A stretch of 32,364 bases of DNA from Candidatus Uhrbacteria bacterium RIFOXYB2_FULL_45_11 (GTDB taxonomy: Bacteria; Patescibacteriota; Patescibacteriia; UBA9934; GWF2-40-263). The position numbers and the translations under genes are program-made. Shown piece after piece: positions 1 to 8,357 of the stretch (the stretch's first letter is position 1; each line of letters begins with the position of its first letter). The stretch spans positions 9,246 through 41,609 of the forward strand of contig MGFD01000030.1 in the NCBI GenBank assembly GCA_001791715.1, written 5' to 3'. Below the pieces are notes generated by a model that did not search any database, was not told the origin of the DNA, and worked only from the letters and a program-made list of their open reading frames with translations.

Positions 1-1
1 A

Positions 2-1111
2 ACGGAATCGATCTTTTTGACGGTTCTGTATCTGCTCATCGAGTGTCGGCAGCAACTGCCGGTTGTGTCAGACAGTACAACGGATATCGGGTTCCTTGAA
101 AAAGAACTCGGCGACATGCATGCCCGCGGTCTCATTAAGATCGACGGTCAGTACTGGAAAGCCACGAACGAAAACGATCGTGGTGTGAATGGAACGCGTG
201 TTGGCGCAGCAAACGGTACGGCCTTTTTGGGCCAGGCTGTTGCCATGTGCGATCAGCTCATGAAGTTCGAGATTTTCGGTGGTGTGCGTTTGCAACGCAT
301 GCTCACACCAGACGAACGTCTCGACGATGACGAATTCATGGTACGCGATCACATTTGGGATCCGCGTTTCGTGGGTCCAAAAGAAGAAGATCCAGACGCA
401 ACGGATTTGCGTGTGGGAATGATCCGATTTTTTTCAGAAATGATGATGGATCAGATTGGCGGCGTCGTTGATCCTCATCGCATTGTGTTTTTGCAAAAGC
501 TTGCATCGGGTCAACTCAAAGGGGAGAGCTTCTGGTTCAACCTTAGGCTCGGTACGTTTTTCAAGGAAGTGGAAACGATTGTAAATACGGCTTATCAGTG
601 GCGTCAGATTGCTCCAGACGACGAGGCTCAGGCCATCGAAGTCATGAAGATTCTGTACGCCGCCGGCATGATCGAGTCGCGCAAGCGTGCTCCGGATGCG
701 AGCGAGTGTTCCAACTGTCACATCCCGCTTGCACTGTTTGAAGCTGAGGCTCATGGAAACGGTCAACGGCTCAGCGAATGTCCGAATCCGGACTGTGGCG
801 CAAGCTTTGATCCGCCAGCTCCGCAAGGTGCTGCAGAAGCGTGTGCGTGTTGCCATGAAGACATCTGGCCGGGCATGCGTCAGTGCACCAACTGTGGTGC
901 GATCGTTGATCGTCGTTACACGCCCGGTAAAGTTGTGGAAACGGAACGCGTCACCCAAACGACCACGGTCGACTCGGTGTACGATCCGTACTATGACACC
1001 TGGGGCTACGGCTACGGGTACTACGGTTACACGCCGTATGGTTACTACGATCCCTGGAATCCAGTGGCTGACGTTGTTGCCTTCGGTGTACTTTGCGCCA
1101 TTCTGCTCTAG
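2..1111 (+). CDS. Hypothetical protein, probably 5'-truncated, with two zinc-ribbon-like Cys clusters and a Tyr/Gly-rich C-terminus
   Basis: Frame is open from the window edge (the track starts it at TTG 17). Motifs CSNC..CPNPDC and CACC..CTNC; tail YDPYYDTWGYGYGYYGY followed by a hydrophobic end; terminator follows. Confidence 0.8.
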   Translation, partial: TESIFLTVLYLLIECRQQLPVVSDSTTDIGFLEKELGDMHARGLIKIDGQYWKATNENDRGVNGTRVGAANGTAFLGQAVAMCDQLMKFEIFGGVRLQRMLTPDERLDDDEFMVRDHIWDPRFVGPKEEDPDATDLRVGMIRFFSEMMMDQIGGVVDPHRIVFLQKLASGQLKGESFWFNLRLGTFFKEVETIVNTAYQWRQIAPDDEAQAIEVMKILYAAGMIESRKRAPDASECSNCHIPLALFEAEAHGNGQRLSECPNPDCGASFDPPAPQGAAEACACCHEDIWPGMRQCTNCGAIVDRRYTPGKVVETERVTQTTTVDSVYDPYYDTWGYGYGYYGYTPYGYYDPWNPVADVVAFGVLCAILL

Positions 1112-1122
1112 GTATTCTCCTT

Positions 1123-1155
1123 GCGATCTCCCAAAAAGAGATCGCTTTTTTATTT
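1123..1155 (+). terminator. Intrinsic terminator
   Basis: GCGATCTC-ccaaaaa-GAGATCGC followed by TTTTTTATTT. Confidence 0.8.
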
Positions 1156-1180
1156 ACATCAAAAAATCCACACAAGTGGA

Positions 1181-1726
1181 TTAATGGTGATGATGCTCAA
1201 ATTCAGGAGCATCTGTTTGATACGTAAGCGTCACGATTCCGTTTTCTCGTTCTTGTTTTGATGTGAATGTCAGCTTCTCCAAAAAATCATCTTCCGCAAA
1301 CACACGTTTTCCTTCACCAACAAGAACGGGTTCGATGTTTAAAATGATTTCGTTGATCAGATGTTCTTTTAAGAACGCTGTGTTCACTTGAGAGCCGCCG
1401 CACACAAACGCGTGATCAAAACCGGATTCTGCAAGAAAGTGCATGGCTTCATGAGGGGAGGGAAGCACGACGAATTCGGGCGGAACTTCCATGTTCACAT
1501 CATTTGAAAGAATAATTTTTGTGACACCGAGTAAATCATCAAATCCATTATGATCCGTCCAGTTCATGACCGCTTCATAGGTTTTTCGACCAAAGATGAC
1601 GTTGCCATACATGTGTGCGAAGCGGACATAATCCGCCCAGTGTGCCATCGATAAAAAATCCTCCTCACCGTCTGGGCGAGCAATGAAGCCGTTGAGGGAC
1701 ATGGCCATGAAAAGGGTGGTGCGCAT
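1181..1726 (-). CDS. Dihydrofolate reductase / RibD C-terminal domain protein
   Basis: MAMSLNGFIA, GRKTYE, GGSQVN and IEPVLVGEGKRVF motifs. Start moved to ATG 1726 because the upstream extension is repeat DNA. Confidence 0.88.
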   Translation of the reverse strand: MRTTLFMAMSLNGFIARPDGEEDFLSMAHWADYVRFAHMYGNVIFGRKTYEAVMNWTDHNGFDDLLGVTKIILSNDVNMEVPPEFVVLPSPHEAMHFLAESGFDHAFVCGGSQVNTAFLKEHLINEIILNIEPVLVGEGKRVFAEDDFLEKLTFTSKQERENGIVTLTYQTDAPEFEHHHH

Positions 1727-1733
1727 AGGGGAA

Positions 1734-1803
1734 GGTTTGAAATGTCGGAAACCTGCCTGCCGGCAGGCAGGGGTCGGAGAGGTTTGAATGTCGGAAAGGT
1801 CGA
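1734..1803. repeat. 9-mer tandem micro-repeat interrupted by the perfect 20-bp palindrome CCTGCCTGCCGGCAGGCAGG (1752-1771)
   Basis: Units GGTTTGAAA / TGTCGGAAA / GGTCGGAGA, the same family as 25644-25745. Confidence 0.8.
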
Positions 1804-1814
1804 GGTGTGAGGGG

Positions 1815-1843
1815 ATTATATAGCAATAAATCTGAGTTTGCAC
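1815..1843 (-). promoter_or_regulatory. Putative sigma70 promoter for the DHFR-like gene
   Basis: Minus strand GTGCAA-N17-TATAAT. Confidence 0.5.
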
Positions 1844-1881
1844 GAGGGTTTTTTGAATGGTGGTAATCAGGCTAACATGGG

Positions 1882-1912
1882 AAATAAAAAATACCTCTTA
1901 GAACAGAGGTAT
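1882..1912 (-). terminator. Intrinsic terminator of the M15 peptidase gene
   Basis: ATACCTCT/AGAGGTAT stem with a U-tract on the minus strand. Confidence 0.65.
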
Positions 1913-2442
1913 CAGGAATGCACTTCGTTTTTTTGAAAGTGCTGGTAGTCTTTGCGATCTGTCCACCGTCCGCCCCATTCCCATCCGAATTGTTCGAATG
2001 TTCGGACTACGATATCTCCATCAAGAATTGTTCCGGGTTGCAGAGGATTGTATGTAGACGTTTCTGGATGAACGGAACCGTCAATCGCAATGTATGGATT
2101 TTGCATCGGGTTTATATCAATTGCACGACCAAAGGAATGAATCGATAACCGATTGGTTAGGTGTATGGGCCGGTAATTGAACGCTGACGAATTGTTGTCG
2201 TCTGTGGATCGTTCGTCCGACCAATTGTATTTGGAGATCGGAATCATTTTTTCGATCGGAAATTTCGCTTCAAAGATGATACGGAAAATTTCCCGCACTT
2301 CATTCGCAAGGTCATTGCATACCACGAGTTGTCCGACATGTTCTTGTTCATCAAATCCCCAGTAGGGAATGGACAGTAACACCATTTGTAAACGTATGTT
2401 GTCCGGAGCAAGAGTTCCGTTCAACGCTTCGATGAGTGTCAT
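1912..2442 (-). CDS. M15-family metallopeptidase (D-Ala-D-Ala carboxypeptidase / L-Ala-D-Glu peptidase-like)
   Basis: SIHSFGRAIDINP (SxHxxGxAxD) and WGGRW..DYQHFQ motifs; AAGGAG lies upstream of ATG 2442. Confidence 0.88.
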   Translation of the reverse strand: MTLIEALNGTLAPDNIRLQMVLLSIPYWGFDEQEHVGQLVVCNDLANEVREIFRIIFEAKFPIEKMIPISKYNWSDERSTDDNNSSAFNYRPIHLTNRLSIHSFGRAIDINPMQNPYIAIDGSVHPETSTYNPLQPGTILDGDIVVRTFEQFGWEWGGRWTDRKDYQHFQKNEVHS

Positions 2443-2567
2443 GTGAGGTCTCCTTGGTTGGTTTGTAAAATATGCACTTAGACTCTTGTGATATTTTGTT
2501 GCATTGTTTCCGATCGCACAATAGAAGTTTTGAATAAATTGTGCAATAGCTTCGTTTTGAGCTTGAT

Positions 2568-2642
2568 GGAGAGTGTGAGATCGGAGGTCTCGCCCAACAT
2601 CCCGCTTCGCGATCTGTCCAAACCTTCGGTTTGGCTCCGCCA
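2568..2642 (+). repeat. Structured direct repeat, copy 1 (68-bp core 2568-2635), ending CTCCGCCA
   Basis: 67/68 identical to 3616-3683; three internal hairpins; ends resemble the tRNA-Ser 3' end. Confidence 0.9.
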
Positions 2643-2701
2643 ATAAAAAACACCTAATGTAAATATATAAAATTTATTTTTTATGGTAAACTCCCACTAA
2701 T

Positions 2702-3535
2702 ATGAGTGAATACAATCCAGAGCGTGCACAACAAGAACGCATTGAGGCTGAACGCATGGAGTATAAAATAATCTCTCGGCGTGTTTTGAACGATCTTTTC
2801 AAAGACGTGCTTGATGCCCGTGAACTTGAAAGAAGATTGATGCTTGTTGATCGGGTAAAATTCGTTACACATGATCAGATGGATGTCATTGCAAAAAGCA
2901 ACCCGCAAGATGCGGGTGCTGACGGATTGATCCAGTATGAGGTAAGTGAATCTGAGGTTCGTCGGCTACCAATTGTTCTTCATTCTTCGTCGCGTGTAGA
3001 AACATTGCATACATTGGTGCATGAGGGCACTCATCTCATGACTCCTGAGTCTGTACTTGTTACGAACATAATAGCAGAACCGGATGAAGAAACTTTTTCA
3101 GATTATGTTGGAGGATTTCGGTTTGAACGTAACAGAAAAACAAAACAAATTGATCTGATGTCGATCCATAAAGATACACCAGCTCGTTTTCTCTTTTGGG
3201 AATCGGTTACGGATTGGATTGCGGAACTTGGACTTGAGAGTGAGATGAGTGATCAGGAGAAAGAAGAACTTGCAATGAGTGGTTACTTTGAGCGCCATTG
3301 GATCGATTACTTGATGCGTAAGTCGCCCGATGCACCTGGATTGATGCAAGCAATTAAAGAATCTTATGCAGCAGGGAGCGAAGATTCTTTACGTTGGTGC
3401 CTTCAAAAACAGTTAGATGTCCAGGATGATCATTTTTATGATGCACTTATAAAGATCATCGGACGCGATCGAACAGATGAAAAGCGGGTCGATGATTGGA
3501 TGCAAGTCGTTGATGACGCGTTTAAGTCGTCCTAA
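2702..3535 (+). CDS. Hypothetical protein with HExxH zinc-metallopeptidase-like motif
   Basis: 277-aa ORF with LVHEGTH and downstream WESVTD; extended -10 TGGTAAACT at 2684-2692. Confidence 0.75.
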   Translation: MSEYNPERAQQERIEAERMEYKIISRRVLNDLFKDVLDARELERRLMLVDRVKFVTHDQMDVIAKSNPQDAGADGLIQYEVSESEVRRLPIVLHSSSRVETLHTLVHEGTHLMTPESVLVTNIIAEPDEETFSDYVGGFRFERNRKTKQIDLMSIHKDTPARFLFWESVTDWIAELGLESEMSDQEKEELAMSGYFERHWIDYLMRKSPDAPGLMQAIKESYAAGSEDSLRWCLQKQLDVQDDHFYDALIKIIGRDRTDEKRVDDWMQVVDDAFKSS

Positions 3536-3570
3536 GCCTTGTTATTGGTTACGTCCTTTCAGCTTGGTTT

Positions 3571-3616
3571 CGCCATAAAAAACACCCAACGTAAAGCTGG
3601 GTATTTTTTTATGTCG
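3571..3616. repeat. Imperfect hairpin CGCCATAAAAAACACCCA..TGGGTATTTTTTTATGTCG
   Basis: Paralogous to the hairpin at 3683-3730; may also terminate the 2702 gene. Confidence 0.65.
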
Positions 3617-3687
3617 GAGAGTGTGAGATCGGAGGTCTCGCCCAACATCCCGCTTCGCGGTCTGTCCAAACCTTCGGTTTGGCGCCA
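3616..3687 (+). repeat. Structured direct repeat, copy 2
   Basis: 67/68 identical to 2568-2635; ends GGCGCCA. Confidence 0.9.
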
Positions 3688-3725
3688 TACAAAAACACCG
3701 AACGCAAATGTTCGGTGTTTCTGTA

Positions 3726-3814
3726 TGGCGGAGAGGGCGAGATTCGAACTCGCGGAAGCTATTAACTTCGACAGTTTTCAAGACTGTTGCCATCAACCAC
3801 TCGGCCACCTCTCC
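3726..3814 (-). tRNA. tRNA-Ser(TGA)
   Basis: GGAGAGG/CCTCTCC acceptor stem, ACAGT-CT-TGA-AA-ACTGT anticodon arm, long variable arm, GTTCGAATC, encoded CCA. Confidence 0.97.
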
Positions 3815-4058
3815 GTAAATTTTCAATGAGTCGCTTGTTTCTGAATGCCTGTCCTGAACCTGATTTGAGATATGTCTCAAATTGTCTTGCTTGAATCCTT
3901 GAGGGGAATGCGCAGTACCAAATAAGCATAACGGGCCTAAGGTTCTTTGTTGATTCTGCTTTCCCAATCTGGTGTTCTTCGAGTCTTCTTTTTAAATCTG
4001 GAGTACAACCTGTGTAGATTGAACTGTTCGATAATTTGAGAAGATAAACGTAGTACAT
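3762..4058 (-). CDS. Small solo GIY-YIG nuclease; last 53 nt overlap tRNA-Ser(TGA)
   Basis: YYVYLLK..IYTGCTPDLKRRLEEH..ARQFETYLKSGSG. Confidence 0.9.
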   Translation of the reverse strand: MYYVYLLKLSNSSIYTGCTPDLKRRLEEHQIGKAESTKNLRPVMLIWYCAFPSRIQARQFETYLKSGSGQAFRNKRLIENLRRGGRVVDGNSLENCRS

Positions 4059-4107
4059 ATTGGCCAAAGGCCACCCGAAACTTCAACAGATCATCAACTC
4101 TCTTCGC

Positions 4108-4135
4108 GTCACCCTTCGCCAAGGCTTCGGGTGAC
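4108..4135. repeat. REP-like palindrome GTCACCC-TTCGCCAAGGCTTC-GGGTGAC
   Basis: 7-bp closing stem, located in the leader of the GIY-YIG gene. Confidence 0.6.
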
Positions 4136-4177
4136 ACCCTACACTTCAACAATGGTAAACACTGTTGAAGTGTAGGG

Positions 4178-4272
4178 TGGCGGAGAGAGAGGGATTTGAA
4201 CCCTCGCGCCGGTTTTAAAGCCGACCTAGGAGATTAGCAATCTCCCCCCTTCAGCCTCTTGGGTATCTCTCC
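4178..4272 (-). tRNA. tRNA-Ser(GCT)
   Basis: GGAGAGA/TCTCTCC acceptor stem, GGAGA-TT-GCT-AA-TCTCC anticodon arm, long variable arm, GTTCAAATC, CCA. Confidence 0.97.
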
Positions 4273-4286
4273 TTGAAGGTGCCGTC

Positions 4287-4315
4287 AGGATACGATATTT
4301 GAGTGAATTGGGCAA
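4287..4315 (-). promoter_or_regulatory. Putative sigma70 promoter of the tRNA-Ser/GIY-YIG/tRNA-Ser unit
   Basis: Minus strand TTGCCC-N17-TATCCT, 14 nt before the tRNA. Confidence 0.6.
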
Positions 4316-4479
4316 GACCTCTTTGTTTGTGCAATGTTCTGCTTTAGAAAAATGAGATTGAGTGGTATTACACTTGACTTTTCTGGGCAAATAATGATAA
4401 GAGGTGCCATTGCTCGTAGGACAAAAAGGTTCTGCTTGCAATGTGTTGCTCTTCACATGAAGAGAAAGGAAGGTGAAAC

Positions 4480-5154
4480 GTGGAATTGCTCGCTGTTCAT
4501 AACCTCGTGTACGAAATGGCGCTTTTGATTGGATGCTTCCTTTCTGTCGGCGCGGTTTTTGGAGGTCATGGTCACGATAGTTCCCATGATCATAATTTGG
4601 ACCATGATGCACATGGTGATTCTCATTCCGGTCATGACCACGAATCAAAGGATTCGAAGAATAGTGATATCTCTGTGCGTTCAAAGTTGAGTCAAGTAAG
4701 TCTGGGAAAATTCCTCTTTTCCGTGCTCGGAATCGGGAATATGCCGATTATGCTTTGGCTCATGATCTTTAACCTGTTTTTTGGAAGCATTGGCATGCTT
4801 ACGAATTTGGTCTTTGGTCCTAACTTGGGATTTGAGATCGTTGGTTTGCTTGTCTCGGTTCCTCTTGCGGGTTTTGGTGCGCTAGTTTTTACAAGCGGAA
4901 CAAGTCATCTGTTTGGGAGATTTGTTCCGACAGATGAAACGTACGCTGTGAAGCGTAAAGAACTTGTTGGATGTGCGGGCATGCTCACACTTCCAGCATC
5001 GAAAGAAACTGGACTCGCGCAAATCTACGATCGTCGTGGAAATTTGCAACAGATCTCAGTTCGTACAATTGAAGGCGAATTGCCAAAAGAGACAAAGATT
5101 ATTGTGATTTATTTCGATGAGGTCGGCGGTTTCTATGTGGTTATCGCTGATTGA
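4480..5154 (+). CDS. YqiJ/NfeD-like membrane protein, partner of flotillin
   Basis: N-terminal TM, His/Asp-rich loop, LGIGNMPIMLWLM TM segment, C-terminal OB-like ELVG..G..GLAQIYDRRGN; directly upstream of the SPFH gene. Confidence 0.8.
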   Translation: MELLAVHNLVYEMALLIGCFLSVGAVFGGHGHDSSHDHNLDHDAHGDSHSGHDHESKDSKNSDISVRSKLSQVSLGKFLFSVLGIGNMPIMLWLMIFNLFFGSIGMLTNLVFGPNLGFEIVGLLVSVPLAGFGALVFTSGTSHLFGRFVPTDETYAVKRKELVGCAGMLTLPASKETGLAQIYDRRGNLQQISVRTIEGELPKETKIIVIYFDEVGGFYVVIAD

Positions 5155-5233
5155 TGAGAGATTAGTAGAATGCGGTGAATGGTTCACCGCGACTACTATT
5201 ACCGCTCGCTAAGCGCGAGCATAGAGGTTACCC

Positions 5234-7123
5234 ATGCAACTCGGACTACTCATGCTACTTGGAATTGTTTTCATTTTGGGGCCCGTCGCTGCGAATGTCG
5301 CTGGTCATCCCATGGGTGGGGTTCCGACGACACTTCTTGTTGGAACGGGTCTCATCTTGACTATCGTTTCCGCAGTTCTCGTCATAATCACAAAACTGTA
5401 CGTGAAGACCAAGGCAAACGAAGCCTTCGTTCGTACGGGTATGGGTGGCGTGAAGATTCTGCAGGATGGCGGCGCGATCGTGTTTCCGGTGATTCACGAG
5501 ATCGTCAAGATCACGCTCACTACCATTAAGCTTCAGGTCACGCGTCAGGGTGCAGATGCACTCATCACGCTCGACAAGCTTCGTGCAGATGTGGCAGCTG
5601 AATTCTTTGTTCGTGTGCAGCCCAACACGGAGAGTATCCAGGCTGCGGCGCGAAGTTTCGGTGCCAAAATGGATGATCTCGAATTTGTGACTCGGCTCGT
5701 TGAAGACAAGCTCATTTCCGCGCTGCGTACGGTTGCAGCAACGAAAACCCTTGAGGGTCTCAACACGGAACGCAATGCATTCATCGAGCAGGTAACGCTG
5801 ATCGTTGCGCCGGACTTGGCTCACAACGGCCTCACGCTCGAAACGGCCACGATCAGCAAGCTGGATCAGACGGATCCAAAGAACTTGCGCGATAACAACA
5901 TCTTCGACGCACAAGGGCTGAAGACGATTGCGGAAACGACACAAAAGGCAAAGACCGAGACGAACAATCTTGTTCGCGCCGGAGAGCTTGCGCGTACGCA
6001 GAAGGATGTGGAGACGCGTCAAGCAACGCTTGCACTCGAGCTCACGCAGAAGCAGGCGGAAGCAGATCAGGAAGCTTCTGTCGTTACGGTTCAGGCAGAG
6101 AAGCGGAGCGAGGGTCGTCGGAGGGCGATTGAAGCCGAGCGTCTGTCCGATCTTGCGGATGTGGAAAAGACCACGAACATCGAAGTTGCACAGCAGCAGC
6201 GCTCACAAGCAACGGAAGTTGCCGAGCGCGAGAAGCAGGCGGCTGTCGTTGTGGCGGAACAGAAGGTTGCAGTCGCCGAACGCGACAAGCAGTCTGCTGT
6301 TGCCGCCGCAGAACAGAAGCGTGCGTTGGCAGAAGCCCAGCGTGCGACAGCTGAAGCGGAACTCGAAAAGGCCAAGCAGTCGGTCACGACCGTTCAGGTC
6401 ACGTCCGAAGCGGAGCGAGCAGGTCGCAAACAAGTCATCGAAGCGACAGCTGCGGCAGAGAAGACGTATGTCACTGCGACCAAGCAGGCTGACGGTGATG
6501 CGTACAAGGTGCAGAAGGAAGCTGAAGGTCGCAAGGCGGCGGCAGCGGCAGATGCGGAAGCCATTCGCCAGAAGGCTGATGCGGAATCCGATGCGCAAAA
6601 GAAGAAGGCTGAAGGCGCTAAGGCTGAGCAGTCTGTTCCGGTCGATATCGCGTCGAAGCAAGTCGAAGTCGACAAGGCTCGCGGCATGATCCCCGTGGAC
6701 ATCGCTGCAAAGCAGGTCCTTGTGGACAAGGATCGCGTCGAGACCGTGCTCAAGCCCGAGCTCGAAGCGCGTGACAAGAACGGCAAGGCGGCGCAGGAAT
6801 TCGAACTCGCCAAGTTGCAAGTGACCAAGGAAGCCGAAGTCCGGATCGCGGCCGCGGGTGCTGTGGCTCAGGTTTACGGCAAGATCACGGCTACGGTCTA
6901 CGGTTCGCCCGAAGACGTTGCCAAGGTCGGCGCAGCTGTGGTCAGTGGTATCTCGAAGGCTACGGTCATCGAGAGTTTCATGGGCGAGGCTGGTCCGCTC
7001 ACCAAGGCTGGTCTTCAGGGTGCTCTCAAGTCCCTGCAGCACCTCGTCGACTCCGCGTCCGATCGTCTCAGTGGCGATGCGGCTGTGAAGTCCGGCGAAG
7101 CTCCCAAGGCCGACGAAAAGTAA
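5234..7123 (+). CDS. Flotillin/SPFH (YqiK-like) protein
   Basis: AFVRTGMGG, LITLDKLRADVAAEFFVRV, NGLTLETATISKLDQT and NNIFDAQG motifs, long Ala/Glu coiled coil; GAGG RBS. Confidence 0.93.
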   Translation: MQLGLLMLLGIVFILGPVAANVAGHPMGGVPTTLLVGTGLILTIVSAVLVIITKLYVKTKANEAFVRTGMGGVKILQDGGAIVFPVIHEIVKITLTTIKLQVTRQGADALITLDKLRADVAAEFFVRVQPNTESIQAAARSFGAKMDDLEFVTRLVEDKLISALRTVAATKTLEGLNTERNAFIEQVTLIVAPDLAHNGLTLETATISKLDQTDPKNLRDNNIFDAQGLKTIAETTQKAKTETNNLVRAGELARTQKDVETRQATLALELTQKQAEADQEASVVTVQAEKRSEGRRRAIEAERLSDLADVEKTTNIEVAQQQRSQATEVAEREKQAAVVVAEQKVAVAERDKQSAVAAAEQKRALAEAQRATAEAELEKAKQSVTTVQVTSEAERAGRKQVIEATAAAEKTYVTATKQADGDAYKVQKEAEGRKAAAAADAEAIRQKADAESDAQKKKAEGAKAEQSVPVDIASKQVEVDKARGMIPVDIAAKQVLVDKDRVETVLKPELEARDKNGKAAQEFELAKLQVTKEAEVRIAAAGAVAQVYGKITATVYGSPEDVAKVGAAVVSGISKATVIESFMGEAGPLTKAGLQGALKSLQHLVDSASDRLSGDAAVKSGEAPKADEK

Positions 7124-7153
7124 GCAATCGTTCGATTCGACGATCATCTCTCA

Positions 7154-7199
7154 CCTCTGAAATCAATGTGCATGCACAAAGATGTCAGAGGGTTTTTTT
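7154..7199 (+). terminator. Intrinsic terminator
   Basis: CCTCTGA..TCAGAGG stem followed by a T-tract. Confidence 0.65.
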
Positions 7200-7282
7200 A
7201 TTGTGTTTCCCTTGACTTTTTATTAAAAAATGATACGGTGCGGCCGCTCGTTCTTGTTCCTTTTTCACTTGGAGGTGTGTTC

Positions 7283-8254
7283 ATGTCTGACTTTGTTGAA
7301 CAAACACGTTTGCGATTCGAACAGATGTTTCGTGGTCATCGGACAAGGTTGTCAGAGGTAGCCACACGTTGGCGTCCGGAAATGGATCAGCTCGCACATC
7401 GTGTTGTGGAACTTGTTTGTATGGATGGTCGGATCTCTCCGATCATGCCGTATGGTCTTGCTCCTATTGTTCCAATTGCAGGTGGGGTTCCGCAAGATCA
7501 GAATAAGCCCTATCAGGAATGGCTCAAGCGAAATGTTGGACGCGCAAAAAAAGAAAAGGGCGGACTCATTCAGCTTGTGCAACTTCACACAGAATGCGCA
7601 GCGTTTGATCGAAGTACCGATTTGGCAATTCGGGCCGCGACTCATTTTGACAAACGTGTTCATAAAGCCTATGCGGATGATGTGCACAACATCATTCTGC
7701 TCTATAACGTAATTCATGGAGGTGTGAGTATCTTTGAATCAACGCAACAGCGATGGTATGAACTACTCTCGCTCGATCGTGACCAGAAGCCAAATCCGGA
7801 TTCCGGTTTTTTCAAAGCCGGTTCCATGGCGGCAGGAAATGAAGACCTTGTTTCAGATCTCGCACGCATTGCATACATGGCACGCTTCACACGACAAATA
7901 GCTGGTCGTGTTGTGCAAAAACATCGTGAGCTCGGTATCGTCGCCGGAGACATCACTGTTCCGTGGCGAGGTAATGCAGATTTTCTTAGTTATCGCATGG
8001 ACTTGGTCGATGACACAAGTCACGTACTTCAGTTAAAGCGCGCTGCTGCTGTTGTGCGCGGTGCGCTCAACTCAAGTGGAAAATCTTGTGAACCAATTTG
8101 TATTTTTGTTGTGCGTCGCACAGAAGCCGCGCAAGAAGATGGAAAAAATTCGGTTCAGAAGATTCAAAAGCTTATTGCATCCGTTCTTCCTCAGGAAGAA
8201 GTTGTGCTTTTTCCGTATCACATAACGAAGGCAGATCATCTTGTGGCAGAATAG
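7283..8254 (+). CDS. Divergent beta-carbonic-anhydrase-like protein (putative)
   Basis: CMDGR (CxDxR), IAGG and HTECAAF (HxxC) motifs; GGAGG RBS before ATG 7283; TTGACT at 7212 is a possible -35. Confidence 0.6.
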   Translation: MSDFVEQTRLRFEQMFRGHRTRLSEVATRWRPEMDQLAHRVVELVCMDGRISPIMPYGLAPIVPIAGGVPQDQNKPYQEWLKRNVGRAKKEKGGLIQLVQLHTECAAFDRSTDLAIRAATHFDKRVHKAYADDVHNIILLYNVIHGGVSIFESTQQRWYELLSLDRDQKPNPDSGFFKAGSMAAGNEDLVSDLARIAYMARFTRQIAGRVVQKHRELGIVAGDITVPWRGNADFLSYRMDLVDDTSHVLQLKRAAAVVRGALNSSGKSCEPICIFVVRRTEAAQEDGKNSVQKIQKLIASVLPQEEVVLFPYHITKADHLVAE

Positions 8255-8264
8255 AACTCTTTAT

Positions 8265-8295
8265 CACTCTGATCAGAAATGACAGAGTGTTTTTT
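8265..8295 (+). terminator. Intrinsic terminator
   Basis: CACTCTG..CAGAGTG followed by TTTTTT. Confidence 0.65.
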
Positions 8296-8357
8296 ATTCA
8301 ATCATCTGAAATAGATGAGTTTTTCTTTTGTGATATTCGATGTAAAATAAACCTGAT

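Noticed and set aside
1727..2643. N-terminal extensions in the ORF track (1843 and 2643; likewise 7166, 19214 and 27250)
   Set aside because: They translate repeat, promoter or terminator DNA; downstream ATGs match the family starts.
2568..3730. CRISPR array or classical integron attC sites
   Set aside because: Only two long copies 1 kb apart, no regular spacers, no cas or intI gene, and no RYYYAAC/GTTRRRY ends recognised.
4565..4645. His-rich repeat in the YqiJ-like protein as a novel metal-binding system
   Set aside because: His/Asp-rich loops are common in this family.
3542..4684. ORFs 3539-3829, 3542-3967, 3937-4152 and 4226-4684
   Set aside because: They overlap tRNAs, repeats or better-supported genes and show no protein motifs.
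5255..7147. Long antisense and alternate-frame ORFs over flotillin (also over radA, recG and clpC)
   Set aside because: Shadow ORFs of well-supported genes, with no motifs.
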